Source of the DNA: Polyangiales bacterium
Lineage (GTDB): Bacteria; Myxococcota_A; Polyangia; Polyangiales; Ga0077539
Assembly (NCBI GenBank): GCA_041389825.1
Contig: JAWKRC010000007.1
Location: 189,093-253,092, forward strand
Direction: 5' to 3'
DNA length: 64,000 nt
Each line of letters opens with the position of its first letter. The stretch's first letter is position 1. Below the pieces are notes generated by a model. That model saw only the letters and a program-made list of their open reading frames with translations. It was not told where the DNA came from and made no database searches. The position numbers and the translations under genes are program-made. Below are positions 48,174-60,221 of this stretch, one piece after another.

Positions 48174-51010
48174 ATGCCCCACTCCCCGAACGCCCTCGCC
48201 TCGCGCGCCCTCGTCGCCCTCGCCCTCGCCGGGTGCAGCAGCAGCGACAACACCCCGCCCCCCGCCGACGCGACGGTGAGCGACATCGCCGCCGACCTCC
48301 CCGACGCCGCCGCGAAGGACGACATCCAAGACGCGACTCCGACGTCGGACTTCCAGCTCCCGCCCTACGACGACCCCTACGCCTGCGAGCCCGCCGCGCA
48401 GGCTCCCCCGCTCGACGAGGGCCTCGACGCGGCGCAGGCCCGCGCCGGGGTCATCACCCGCGAGTCCGAGCTCATCGGCGGAGAGGGCGCCTCGGGCCGC
48501 GTGGGCCACCTCAAGCTCTACAACGACCGCGTGCGCTTCGTGATCCAGGGCCGCACCGGCGACGCGGGGAACGCCAGGGCCACGGGCTACGACCTCTACG
48601 GCGGGAACATCATCGACGCCGACCGCGTCCGCCCCACGGGCGAGCCCGGACAGGACCTCTTCCGCGAGACCTTCCCCGTGGTGGCCTTCCGCGTGTCGAA
48701 CGCCGCCGAGGTGAGGGTCGTGTGCGACGGCTCCAACGGCCGCCCCGCCGCGGTGCGGGTCATCGGCCGCGACGCCTCCACGCGCATCCTGGGCATCCTC
48801 GACAACGTCGCCCGCGAGCGCGACGTGCGGATCATCACCCACTACATCCTCCGCCCCGGCACCGAGGTGCTGGAGGTGCGCACCGAGGTCCAGTCGAACT
48901 TCGGCGGCGCGGTGCCCTCCTCCGTCGCGGGAGACTTCCTCGGCTTCGGCAACGCGCTCACCCTCTTCACCGACGACACGGGCTTCGGCAACGCCTCGCG
49001 CGCGAGCGCGCCGCAGGCCTGGCTCGCGGGCGTGAGCGACCCCGGCGAGGGCGACCGCCGCGTCTCCTACGCCGTCGCCCCCGCGAGCGGCACCATGACC
49101 GTGCCCATCGTCGACGCCTCGGGCACCGTCGGCCTCTACGCCCCCGCCGTCGCCCCCATGGGAGAGGCCACGTCGTTCTCGCGCTATTTCTCCGTGGGCA
49201 CGGGCGACGTCACCTCGGCCGTCGAGCCCCTCTACCGACTGCGCCGCGACCCCTTCGGCGTGGTCACCGGCACCACCACCCCCGGCGCGCTCGTCTACGC
49301 CTACGCTGGAGGCTACGCGGGCGGAGACACCGTAGTCGCTCGGTCGCGCGCCGCGAGCGACGGCCGCTTCGCCTCGCGCTCTCGCCCGGGATGTCTCTGG
49401 TCGCCGTCGACGACGGCCGCGTCGCGGCGCGCCGTCACCGTCGCCGTCACCAACGGAGGCGAGGCCACCGCTAACCCCACTGCGGGCGCCACGGGCACGC
49501 TCGTGCTCGACCTCGCCATCGCGGGAGATGGCGCGCCTGCGCTCGCCCATCAAGGTCAGCCTCGGGGAACGGGCGCCGAAGGCCCCCGACAGCGCGATGG
49601 GGGAGCTCGAGGGAGAGCGCGAGCGCTTCGGTCTTCAGCGCGTGATCTACAGCGTGACGGGGCAGGAGCGCGTGCGCGTGAAGCCGGGTCGGTACCGCGC
49701 GGCGGTGTCGCGCGGCGCGGAGTTCGAGGTCGAGACCGTCGACGTGGAGGTGCCCGCCGACGGAGAGGCCACGCTCACCGCCACCCTCACCCGCTCGGTC
49801 GACACCACGGGCTACGTCGCCGCGGACTTTCACCAGCACACGGTGGGCAGCATCGACTCGCCGCGGAGCCTCTGCGGCCGCGTGGTCGAAGACATCGCCG
49901 AGGGCCTGGAGTGGGCCTCGACCACCGACCACGACAACGTCACCGACTTCATGCCCTGCGTGCGCGAGCTGTCGCTGGAGCGCTGGTTCAACGCCACGCA
50001 AGGCAACGAGATCAGCGTCGTGGGCACGGGGCACTTCAACGCCTACCCGATGCCGGTCGGCGGGGCCGACCCCTTCCGCGCGGTCGGCGCGCAGTACTGG
50101 GCCGACCTCTCGGCGCAGGCGCTCTTCGACCGCATCCGCGCCGAGCCGACGGACCCGATCCTCCACATCTCGCACCCGCGCTCGACGGGGCTGAAGGGCT
50201 ACTTCACCTCGATCGCGCTCGACCCCTTCTCGCTCACCGGGCGGCAGCCCCTCGCGACGGGCTTCGAGGCCATCGAGGTGAACACCGAGGTCGGCGACCC
50301 CGCGGACTACCTCGCCTCGAACGACGCCGCGGCGCGCATGGCCGCGATGCGCGACCCGTCGAGCGTGCCCACCTTGCGCGACTGGTTCTCGATGCTGAAC
50401 CGCGGCGACCACACCTGCGCGCTCGGCAACAGCGACACGCACGGCCGCAACGACGGCTCGGGCTGGCCGCACAACCTCGTGCGCGTGGGCGAGGACCGCC
50501 CCGACCGCGTCGACATCGCCGCGATCCGCACGGCGATCCGCGCGCAGCGGGTGGTGGTGGCGAGCGGCCTCACGGTACGCGTGCGGGTGAACGGCCAGGA
50601 GCGCATGGGCCACACCGAGGTGGTCACGCCCACCGCGGGCGCGGTGGAGCTCGACGTCGAGGTGCAGGCGCCCTCGTGGGTCGACGCGCGCACGCTGGTG
50701 CTCTTCGAGAACGGGCGTCCGCTCGCGCTCACCGACGCGGGCGGCGGGGTCTTCGACGCGCGCGTCGCGACGGAGCGCACGGACCCCTTCACGCTCGCCC
50801 TCGGGATGGACTCGCCGGGACGCGCGGGCGCCGTGCGCTTCAGGGCGCGGGTGCGGGTGCGCCCGACGCGCGACAGCCACTACGTGGCGCTGGCGCGCGG
50901 CGGGCCGCTCTCCCCCGTCGGGAGCGGAGACGCGATCTCGTACACCAACCCCGTCTACGTCGACGTCGACGGCGGCGGGGTGGAGGCTGACGCCCTGAGC
51001 GGAGGCTGGC
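48174..51010 (+). CDS. Large secreted lipoprotein with C-terminal PHP-domain (CehA/McbA-like) metallohydrolase; 3 frame changes clustered at 49385-49550. 3' end approximate
   Basis: ATG 48174, lipobox LALAGCSSS. PHP motifs ADFHQHTVGS, TDHDN, ISHPRS, EVNTE, GNSDTHG. Confidence 0.55.
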
Positions 51011-51092
51011 CGCGCGCGCGAATGCGGGTATACGGCCGAGGACGCCGGAGCTGGAGGACGAGCGTAGCGAGGCCGCCGCCTGCGTTGGGACC

Positions 51093-52642
51093 GTGCTCGC
51101 GGGCAAGTTCCAGATCGTCAGTCTCCTCGGCGTCGGGGGGATGGGGGCGGTCTACGAGGCGACGAACGGATGGACCGGCCGCCGCGTCGCCATCAAGGTG
51201 CTGCACCCCGAGTTCGTGAAGCGCCCTGAGGTGACGCAGCGCTTCATGCAGGAGGCGAGGGCGGTCACGCAGATCGGGCACCCGAACATCGTCGACGTGC
51301 TCGACATGGGCGCGAGGATCCACTGGGAGCGCTCTTCATCGTGCAGGAGTTGCTTCTGGTGAGGACCTCCGCCGACGCATCGACACGGCGGCTCGATGCA
51401 CCCCGCTGAGGCGGTGCAGACGCTCGCGCCGATCATGGGAGCGCTCGTCGCGGCCCATCGCCGGGGCGTCATCCACCGCGACCTGAAGCCCGAGAACATC
51501 TTCCTCGCGAGGACCTCGGTGAGTCGATCCCGAAGCTGATCGACTTCGGCGTGTCGTCTGTCGACGCCGACGCCCGCGGGATGAGCCGTGACGCAGACGG
51601 GGCTCGCGATCGGAACGCCGCAGTACATGTCGCCGGAGCAGGCCTGCGGCGACACCGACCTTCGACGCGAGGACGGTCGTGTGGTCGATGGGGCCGTCCT
51701 CTACGAGACGCTTCCGGAAGGGCCCTGTTCGAGGCCCCGAACTACAACCTCTTGATGGTGAGGGTCATCACGGAGGCCCCGCCTCGTCTGGAGCTGGTCG
51801 CTCCGCACCTCCCCGCGCGGATCATTGACGTCGTCGCGCGGGCGCTCTCACCGTCGAAGGATCACCGATACCAGTCGATGCAGGAGTTCCTCGGCGAGCT
51901 CCTCGAAGCGCAGCCGTCCGACGCGTCGGCGACGCCCAGCGCCGCTCCACCCGCGGAGCCGATCTCAACGGTGAACGAGGACGAGGTCACCAGAGTCGCG
52001 CCGCCGCCCTTCAGGATCGCGCGAGGCACCTCTCAGCCCCGCACTCCCGATGGCGGTCAGGGCTGGCCGACGCCTGAGGCCTGGGCTTCGCCCGTCCCCG
52101 CGAGCGCGCAATCTGAGCCGTCCCGATCTCCTACCTCATCGCTCCGCCTCGCTGTCGCCGCTGGGGTGATGGTCGTCCTCCTCGGTTCGATCACCTTCGT
52201 CGTCGTCCAGCGGACTTCACGTCCTGCCACAGCGATCACCGCGGCGGTCCCTCGCGTCGTCTCGGCGCCTATCACTCCCGCTCCGACGACGCCCGTTCCG
52301 ACCGGACCTCCGCCCATCGCCGCGCCGGAACCCGTGGTGGTCGTTCCGCCGTCGCCGATCGAGGCTCCCCCCGCACCCGCGACGAACGCTCGTCTCCCCG
52401 CTGCGTCTCCGCCTCCTGCGAGCGCCGCGCCCCGGTCACGGCCGTCTCTACCGTCCCGTACCGCCGCGCCGACCGTCCCGTCCGCGCCTGCGCGACGATC
52501 CATGCCGACGCGAAGGGTCGCTGCCCCAGTGACGCCGCGGCCACCGTCTCCGCTCCGTCCGCTCCCGCCGCTCCTCCCGCTGGAATCGCCGACCGCACGT
52601 CCTGCGCGCGCACCGCGAAACGGTGCCCCGATCCTGGATTGA
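51093..52642 (+). pseudogene. Ser/Thr protein kinase with TM/Pro-rich C-terminal region; catalytic domain broken by 6 or more frameshifts
   Basis: [39 protein letters not shown] and GTPQYMSPEQ are all recognisable but in different frames between 51300 and 51760. Confidence 0.6.
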
Positions 52643-52655
52643 CTCGATCCGAACC

Positions 52656-53609
52656 ATGCACCGACCCATCAGCATCGCGGCGCGAGTTGCACTTGGGATC
52701 GCTCTGGCCTCTTGGTGCTCGCCGGTCCTCGCGCAGCCGCGGCAAGGGTTTGAGGAGCTCCTCCGCGAAGGCGTCGAGCTGCGTCGCGCAGGTAACGACG
52801 GACTCGCGCTCCAACGCTTCGAGGCTGCCCTCGCGATCCAACGCGACCCTCGCGCGCTCGCGCAGGTCGGGCTCGCGCACCAGGCGCTCGGTCACTGGAT
52901 CGAGGCCGAGCGCTTCGTCGGTGAGGCCCTCTCGGCGCGGGGACACGAATGGATCCGGCGCAACCAAGCCCAACTAGCCTCGGCACTGGCGGTGATTCGC
53001 GAGCACCTCGGCTCGATCTTCGTGACCGGTGGGCCCGTCGGCGCCGAGCTCATCGTGAGCGGGCAACGCATCGCGCAGCTCCCGATGCGCGAGCCGACCC
53101 GGATCATCGCAGAGCGCATGACGATCGAGTTCCGCGTCGATGGACGTTGGACGGGCTCCTGCCGCCTTCAGATCGAGCCGGGACGGTTGCTCCGACGCGG
53201 GTACGACGAGTTGCTCGCGTGTGCGACGCCGACAACTGCGGCTCGGCTGCCCGCACGTACGCACGACGCAGAACAAGCGCTTCAGGTGAGACGTGACGCG
53301 CCTGGACCTCCGGCTCAAAGCGAGTATCAGCGTTTCGCTGTGGACTTCGGGGCCGGGCTCGGCGCCGCCTTCCTGACTGGGCGACCGTCGTACGCAGAGG
53401 AGCGCGAGGTGGTCGACTCCGTCACGAGGCAGGTGGTCAACTACCACTACTGCGGCGGCGACTATTACGATTGCCCGACCGCGACCCCTGAATCTAAAAC
53501 CACGTTCTATATTCAGTTCCACGCGCGCTACGTCTTCACACGACACTTCGCCCTCGGCGTCGGCGCTCGAATCCAGTTCAACGCCGCGGATTGGGAGATT
53601 CCCGAGTGA
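52656..53609 (+). CDS. Secreted TPR-like protein with C-terminal beta-rich domain
   Basis: Signal AARVALGIALASWCSPVLAQP. Intact 318-aa ORF. Confidence 0.5.
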   Translation: MHRPISIAARVALGIALASWCSPVLAQPRQGFEELLREGVELRRAGNDGLALQRFEAALAIQRDPRALAQVGLAHQALGHWIEAERFVGEALSARGHEWIRRNQAQLASALAVIREHLGSIFVTGGPVGAELIVSGQRIAQLPMREPTRIIAERMTIEFRVDGRWTGSCRLQIEPGRLLRRGYDELLACATPTTAARLPARTHDAEQALQVRRDAPGPPAQSEYQRFAVDFGAGLGAAFLTGRPSYAEEREVVDSVTRQVVNYHYCGGDYYDCPTATPESKTTFYIQFHARYVFTRHFALGVGARIQFNAADWEIPE

Positions 53610-54186
53610 AACGTCTCCGGAGTTTACGAAGCGCAACCCCGCAACAATCTCGCAAACCTACTCTTCACGCTTCGCGGCTACTTCGCAGTCACGTCGAAGC
53701 GGATGGTCTCGCACGGCACTGATTGTCGCGCCTTTTGCCGGTGTCGGCGTCGGGCAGATCGAGCTGTTGTACACCTACAGACAAACTCAGTTACATCCGT
53801 TCTGGCCTCGGCAACGCGCACGTGGGCCTTCGCGTCGAGCGTCCAGTCGGGAGCGTCTTTCACGTCGTGCTTACGAGGTCGCGCTCCAGTTCATGTTCCC
53901 CACCTTTCCTTCGACATCGACACGCTGTTGGTAGGGTCCACTTCTGACGGGATGGAACCAACCGCCGCCTGCCGCGCGTCGACGCCTCGTCGGCGTTCAC
54001 GGGTTGGCGTCCCCCTGCGCAGGACTCGCGCCCAAGCGTCTCCTCGCGGGAGATCCTGCATGCCAATGAGCCCTAACCAGGGATCCGCAGTCGCCGCGTT
54101 CGACCCTGAAATCCCCGGGTTGGATACCGTCACGGTCGGGGTCGCGTAGCCCCGGAGCCTATGGCGGTGAAGGTCGCTTTTACGAC

Positions 54187-55144
54187 ATGTCCTCCGCCGA
54201 CTCTCCGGTGTTCGACTGGAACAGCTCGACGAGCGACCCCCACCGCGCCGCGATCCTCGAGGCGTACTTCGCGCTCTTCCGCGAGCGAGACCCCGACGAC
54301 CATCGGCTCGGCGAGACGCGCTGGTTCCGCGAGCGAGGTCACAACGCGCTCCTCGAGTCGCTCATCCGCACGGTGTCGCCGCGGCAGGAGTGCCTCGCCG
54401 CGGCGAAGGACGCCCCTCCAACGAGAGCCGCTTCGGCCGCCACCGACTCCCCCCTTGTCTCCCGTGCGCGCGCAACATCCCTGCTCGCAAGTCGCCGCGC
54501 AGGTAGCCTCCGTGGTGTTGCCCGCGCCGGTCGAGCGCGAGTTGTACCAGATCGCTCGGGAGCATCACCGCGATGACCCTGAGGGCGTGTCGGTCCCGCT
54601 CATCGTCGACTGGATGGGGCGTCATCCCGCGCGTGATGTTCCCCAGCAGCCTCGGCGGCCGCTATGGCAAGACAGGCGGGCGCCGGAGCTGCTGTACAGG
54701 GCGCCTGCGCTCACGCCGAGAGCACGATGCGCATGGCCGCCCTGCGCCTCGACACCGAGGGCGCGGGTCCACGTGGCCCGCGCGGTGTGGAGGCAGGTCA
54801 CCGACGCGGTCGACAAGGTCGACGACGAGGTGATCGCGTACACGGACATGTTCGATCAGCCCTACTACACGAAGAAGTACGCGCACGCGGCCCCCATCGG
54901 GCGGCTGGGCAACCGCCTGCTGGCGGGCACCTACTTCGGGCTGACCACGGTGGCGCTGCCCGGCGGACCGACGCTCGAGGCGCACCTCTCCTGGCACAAG
55001 CCCGCGGCGCCCCTTCGCGACGCGCTCGAAGACCTGTTGATGGACGACGACGACCGCATGGCGTGGTGGCACGCGCACGTGCGGCTCCACATCCTGGACC
55101 GAGGCGCCAACGGCGACGCGGTGCTGCGTTGGCTGTGGAGTTGA
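54187..55144 (+). pseudogene. Hypothetical conserved-looking protein split over 3 or more frames
   Basis: Coherent segments MSSADSPVFDWNSS...RWFRERGHNALLESL, ELYQIAREHHRDDPEGVSVPLIVDWMGRHPARDV and VIAYTDMFDQPYYTKKYAHAAPIGRLGNRLLAGTYFGL lie in different frames. Confidence 0.3.
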
Positions 55145-56592
55145 GGTGCCGCGCATCGACCATCGGTCGAGGCGACGCCGAGCTGTGGCGCCTGGGCTCC
55201 GACCGCGCGCAACGCGCAGGCTGCTCCTGATCGTGCGCCCCGACACGCGCCTCGACGGCGACGCCGACGACGGCCCCTGGGAGGTGATCGTCCTCGCCGA
55301 CCCCGACGACGCGGGATCGACGCGGGGGATCCGGTTCCGCAGCGCGGTCCTGATCGAGGGCGACGCGCTCGCGTCGCTCAACGCGCAGTACAAGTCGCGC
55401 TGGCCGTCGATGGAACAGATCAAGGCGCTCGTGTCGCGCGGCTTCGGGCGCAACCGCACGCGTCGCCGGAGCTCACCACGAGTCGCGGCACCGACGTCAG
55501 GTCCTGCGTCTGACCGAACGCGAACAGGTCTCCGTGAAGCGCTCGCGGCGCTCGACGCCGAGCCCCCGTCGGGCGAGGGCCTTGAAGATCATCGCCACGG
55601 CGAAGAAGGTCCGCCGGCGCGCGCGCGCGGGAGCACGTCGAGCAGACCGCGCCGCGAAAGCACGCGCGTGTAGAGGGCGGCACCGAGCGGCTCGGCAAGT
55701 GGCTGCATCTGCTCGTTCACAACGCCCCGGCCCTGGGCCTGGCGACGAGCGAGGACGCGGCGGTGCGCGCGATGGAGCCCACCACTGTCTTCGAGCTGCT
55801 GCTGGGAAGGTCGGCACTCACCTGGGTCGAGACAGCCGCCTCACGATGCGGGTCGACGCGCTCGATGGCGCGGACGATCGTCGACGACAGACCGCACTCA
55901 TCGAGGTCTTCAACAAGCTCGGGCTGGCGGTGCTGCGGCCGAGACGTGGTGATCCGGACGCACGAACGGGCTCAGGCACATGCCGCGTGACGGTATTCGG
56001 GCGAGATGCGGATCCCCTGCTAACTCACGAGCAGTACACGCGCTCGGTTCGGACGTGCGCCGGACCGGGCCCTCCGAGCGTCCGACGCGCGAACGGCCCG
56101 CAGACCGTTCCCCCGCCGCGCTGGGGTGTTCCCCATCACGTTCGAGCGCCTCCTCCGACCCACTCGGAGTGCTCCGCCAGGGTCCGCGGACCCCAGGTTG
56201 GGCACTTTCTGCCGCTGCGACGGTCCACAGACCCCCGCGAGGGCACCCAAAGACACCCACCACAGAGTCCGAGGAGCCTCCGCCTGCACCGAGGTGCCCC
56301 CGACCTCCCCGCACCCCAGCCGAGGCACCCTCACTGCGTTGCCAGGGTGCGGCCACCCCCGTGCGAGCACCTCGCTGCAAGGACGTGAGCGGCCGAGCGA
56401 CGCCCGCACATCACGGAGGGCGGCGCGCGAGCGCGCCTGCTCGTCACGAAGCGTCATATCCCGCTCGGCGTGCTGCTTCGGGTTGTTTCGCCGCGGGCGT
56501 CGGCGCTCTAGTGCGTGGCCCGCACCGCGTCGACGCTCGCGACGGCCGATAGCGGCGGGTGGCGCCCGACGCCCTGAGGCGTCAGCGCCCGG

Positions 56593-56988
56593 TCACTTCA
56601 GCCGCGTGGTGAAGACCTCGGCGAGCACGGCGCACGCGTCGACGGAGGTGAAGACCCCGACGACGTGGTCGTTCTGCGTGACGATCACCGCGCCGTACTT
56701 GTGCTCGGCCATCTCGGCCGCGACCTGGTCGATCGGGGTGTCCGGCGAGGTGGTGTAGCATCGTCATCGCCTCCTCGACGGTGACCACCGGGTCGATCGT
56801 CCTTGGAGGGTCTCGATGAGGGCGACGTCGCGGGTCGAGGATGCCTACGAGCTTGCCCCCATGGAGCACCGGTGACGGATGCGGTGTTCGTGCATCACCC
56901 GCGACGCGGCCGCGATGAATTGCCTGTCGCCGATGGTCACCGGCGAGGTCGTCATGTACTTGCTGGATCGGGGGATGGGCTTGCTCAT
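56593..56988 (-). pseudogene. CBS-domain pair protein, 4 or more frameshifts
   Basis: gggagaggac RBS. MSKPIPRSSKYMTTSPVTIGDRQFIAAASRVMHEHRIRH, GKLVGIL / STRDVALIETLQ, IDPVVTVEEAMTMLHH and IDQVAAEMAEHKYGAVIVTQNDHVVGVFTSVDACAVL are in different frames. Confidence 0.55.
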
Positions 56989-57049
56989 GTGGGGTCCTCT
57001 CCCAGCGCGGCGCCGGTGCGCGGCGTTCGCGGAGAGACCCAGTGCGCAG

Positions 57050-57658
57050 AAAGCGTGCCTGGCGGATTCTGGCCGGGTAAAGCGCCGAAGAGAGCCTGCC
57101 GCGCGTGGAGCAGCGCTTCGCGCACGACGCACGCGGTTCGCGCGCTCAGTACGGGCGCGTGTGCGCCAGAACTGGCCGGCAAGTTCCTGCAGGGTCGCAG
57201 CTCGGCGGCGTTGTTGCGCGGGCCGCCGTTCACCACGTCGAGGCACACGCGCGGGCCGCGGAACTGCGTCGGGAGGCGGACGAAGCCGCGCGGCCCCGGC
57301 GTCATGCGCCAGAGCTGGCCCGAGCGGTCTTCGCAGGGGCGGAGCTCGACGGCGTTGTTGCGCGGGCCGCCGTTCACCACGTCGAGGCACATCCCTGCAC
57401 CGCGGAACTCCGTGGTCAGCCGCACGAAGCCGCCCGCCGCGGGCCGAACCGTCCACGCCTGACCCGTCACGCCCTCGCAGGGCCGCAGCTCGGCCGCGTT
57501 GTTCGTGGGCCCGCCGTTCACCACGTCGAGGCACATCCCCGGCCCGCGGAAGTCCGTCGAGAACCGCAGCGCCCCTCGCGCTCGCGCCGCGGCCCAGCCG
57601 CTCACCGACGCCACCGCCACGAACGCGCCGAGCGCGGCCCACTCGCTGATCGCTTCAT
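57050..57658 (-). pseudogene. Secreted ricin-B (beta-trefoil) lectin, three QxW repeats, frameshifted at both ends
   Basis: Repeat FRGPGMCLDVVNGGPxNNAAELRPC...GQxW three times. Third QxW (GQFWR) and signal peptide start (MKR / ISEWAALGAFVAVAS) are out of frame. Confidence 0.5.
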
Positions 57659-57770
57659 GACCGAGCGCTCTACCCGAACGCCTCGCGTGAGGTCCACCCT
57701 CTCCCCTTGCGGGGTCGTCGCTTCGTCACCACTCTCCGGCCCTCTCGTTCACCGGAGGCGGTTTCACCCC

Positions 57771-58289
57771 ATGTCGATCTACGAAGACAAGTCGTCCCCC
57801 CGGATGACCCAGGCGCTCACCAACCTCGAGGGCTGGCTCGACCTCGCCGTCGAGTACGCCGAGGCGCGCAGCCCGGACTCCCGCGGTGCTCCTCACCGCG
57901 CGGCTCTACCCCGACCAGTACGCGCTGGTGCGGCAGGTCCAGGCCGCGTGCGACCAGGCCAAGGGCGCCGCCGCGCGCCTCGCGGGCCAGGAGCCGCCGA
58001 AGCACCCCGACACCGAGACCACCCTCGACGAGCTCCGCGCCCGCATCGCGACCGTGAAGACCTTCCTCGCGGGCTTCACGCCTACTCGACTTCGAGACCG
58101 CGGCGACGCGGGTGATCCCGCTGCCCTTCCTCCAGGGCCAGGGATGCTCGCGACCGACTACGTCCGCCAGGATGGCCCTGCCGAACTTCTATTTCCACCT
58201 TCGTGCACGCCTACGCGATCCTGCGCCACAACGGCGTGCCGCTCGGCAAGGTGCCCTTCATCGGCGCGCCCAACCTCCGCCCGCTCTGA
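57771..58289 (+). pseudogene. DUF1993-family protein, 4 or more frameshifts
   Basis: MSIYEDKSSPRMTQALTNLEGWLD, VLLTARLYPDQYALVRQVQAACDQAKGAAARLAG, MLATDYVRQ, MALPNFYFHL and VHAYAILRHNGVPLGKVPFIGAPNLRPL are in alternating frames. Confidence 0.55.
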
Positions 58290-58290
58290 C

Positions 58291-58931
58291 TCAGCGGGCA
58301 GCGCGCCGAGCGCTCCCGCTCCGCCACGAAGCGCCGCATCGCGCTCGTCCACCGGATCGTTCATCGCCGCCTCGCTGAGCTGGTACACCGCGGTCAGCCG
58401 AGGCGCTCCTGCGTCGCCCGCCGCGAACCTGAAGCGGTAGCTCGGCGCGTACTCCATCCCCGCGATCACGCACTCCGTCCCTCGCAGGCGTGGCCCTCCA
58501 TCGCGCGGCTCTGCTGCGCGCGGCCACGAGCACCGCGACGAGCTCCTGGTCATCGCCCGCAGCCGCACCGCACACGCGCTGCCCGCTGCGACGGATGCCC
58601 GTGCGCCCGTCGGGGGTCGCCTCGAGGTAGCGCACGAGGAGCACGCCCCCCTCGCGGTCGATCAGCTCTCCCACGCTCGACGCCGCGAGGATCGCGCGCA
58701 TCGCGGCCTCCACCGGGCTCGCCGCGGGGACGTCCGTCGCCGACCCCGCGTCGGTCACGCCCGTCGCCGCGTCGACGCGCTCGCCGAGCTGCGCGGGGCC
58801 TCGTCGGGCCAGGCGCCGCGCGCCCTGCGTCGATGCTCGCGGGCGCGGTGGGCCCCGGGGCTTCGCGGGCGCGGGCGGAGCCTCGCGGCGGTGACACGCG
58901 GAGACGAGGAGCGCGATGGGGGCGAGTCGCA
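58291..58931 (-). CDS. Lipoprotein (ends uncertain, probably frameshifted)
   Basis: MRLAPIALLVSAC lipobox immediately after the KptA stop. Confidence 0.3.
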
Positions 58932-58946
58932 TGACGCCTCGGATGC

Positions 58947-59593
58947 TCACGCCGGCTCCCTGAACGCGTAGAGGGCGCGCAGCTCGGCCTCGGCCGCCTG
59001 CCCCGCGCGCGTGCACACGCTCAGCCCGACGATGGCCGCGCGCGGCACCTCCTCGCGAGGAGCACCCTGCCAGCGCGCGGAAGAGCGCGAGACCTGCGTC
59101 GCGCAGCGCCTTCGGAGAGACCTCCAGCAGCACGTCGACCCTCGCGCGCTTGCCCACCGTCGCGTCGACCGCGGGCGCGAGGTGGACGTGCGTGCGCTCT
59201 CCCCGATGGATGCCCTCGGCGGCGATGGCGCGTGCCGCGTCGACGCTCGTCCTGTGGAAGACCGGCGCGTCGTCGGTGACGACGGCCCACGTCGCTTCGA
59301 GGCCCTCCTGCGTCACGGGCGTGCCCGCGAGCGAGTGGCCCTGGACAAGCCCGCACCCGGCCGTCGTCGGTGAGCTCGTAGCGCGACTTGTTGTTCTCCG
59401 CGACCACGGCCTCCAGCTCGTCGTGGGTCATGCGGAGCCGCGCGCGAGGACATCGTCGACCTCGCGAAGCCGCATGGGCGTCCATCGCGAGGCCCGAGCC
59501 GCGCGCCGCGTGGCGGAGCAGCTTCGAGAGCCGGGTGGCTCTGCGCGTGAGGTCGTCTCCATGGTGGCCGCGGACTCTACGCGCCGCGCCCAT
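58947..59593 (-). pseudogene. RNA 2'-phosphotransferase KptA/Tpt1, 3 or more frameshifts
   Basis: RLSKLLRHAARGSGLAMDAHA, THDELEAVVAENNKSRYELTDDGRVRA, ERTHVHLAPAVDATVGKRARVDVLLEVSPKALRDAGLALFRA and tail EEVPRAAIVGLSV are in different frames. Confidence 0.5.
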
Positions 59594-59614
59594 ACGGGTG
59601 TAGACCCGTCGGCC

Positions 59615-60221
59615 ATGACCGCCCCGCTCGACCCCGCCGCCGCCGAGGTGCTCGTCGCCTGGTTCGGCACCACCGCGCTCGAAGGCCCCATCGACCCCGA
59701 GGTGACCAGGCGCTGGTTCGCCACCGACCCCGCCTTCGACGAGAGCCTCCGCGCGCGCTTCGAGCCGCTTCGTCGCGCAGGCCGCGAGGGGCGACAGCGC
59801 GTGAGGACTCCCCGCGGGCGCCCTCGCCGTGGTGATCCTCCTCGACCAGTTCACGCGCAACCTCTACCGCGACGACCCCCGCGCCTTCGACGCCGACCCC
59901 GTCGCGAGGGGCGTCGCGACCCGCGCCATCGACCGCGGCTTCGACAAGGCCGTCTCGCTGCAGCCGCGCTCGTTCTTCTACCTCCCCTACGAGCACGCCG
60001 AAGACCGCGACCTTGCAGGCGCGCGCGGTGGCGCTCTTTCAGGCGATGGTCGACGGCGCGGCGCCCGACGAAGCCCAATGGCCGAGTACCTGCTCTCGTA
60101 CGCGGTGCGGCACCAGGTGGTGGTCGACCGCTTCGGGCGCTTCCCGCACCGCAACAAGGTGCTCGGCCGCGAGAGCACTCCCGCCGAGCGGGAGCACCTC
60201 GACGCGGGCAAGACCTTCTGA
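59615..60221 (+). pseudogene. DUF924-family protein, 4 or more frameshifts and one in-frame TGA
   Basis: WFGTTALEGPIDPEVTRRWFATDPAFDESLRARFEPL, ILLDQFTRNLYRDDPRAFDAD, PYEHAEDRDL, QARAVALFQAMVDGAAP and YLLSYAVRHQVVVDRFGRFPHRNKVLGRESTPAE. Confidence 0.55.

Noticed and set aside
53610-54186. tRNA or tmRNA in the low-GC segment
   Set aside because: The GTTCGACC-like stretch near 54100 lacks a complementary T-stem, acceptor stem or anticodon arm.
55146-56580. Degenerate IS or transposase remnant
   Set aside because: No DDE, HTH or terminal inverted repeats are recognisable. The ORFs are low-complexity. I list only one low-confidence hypothetical nearby.
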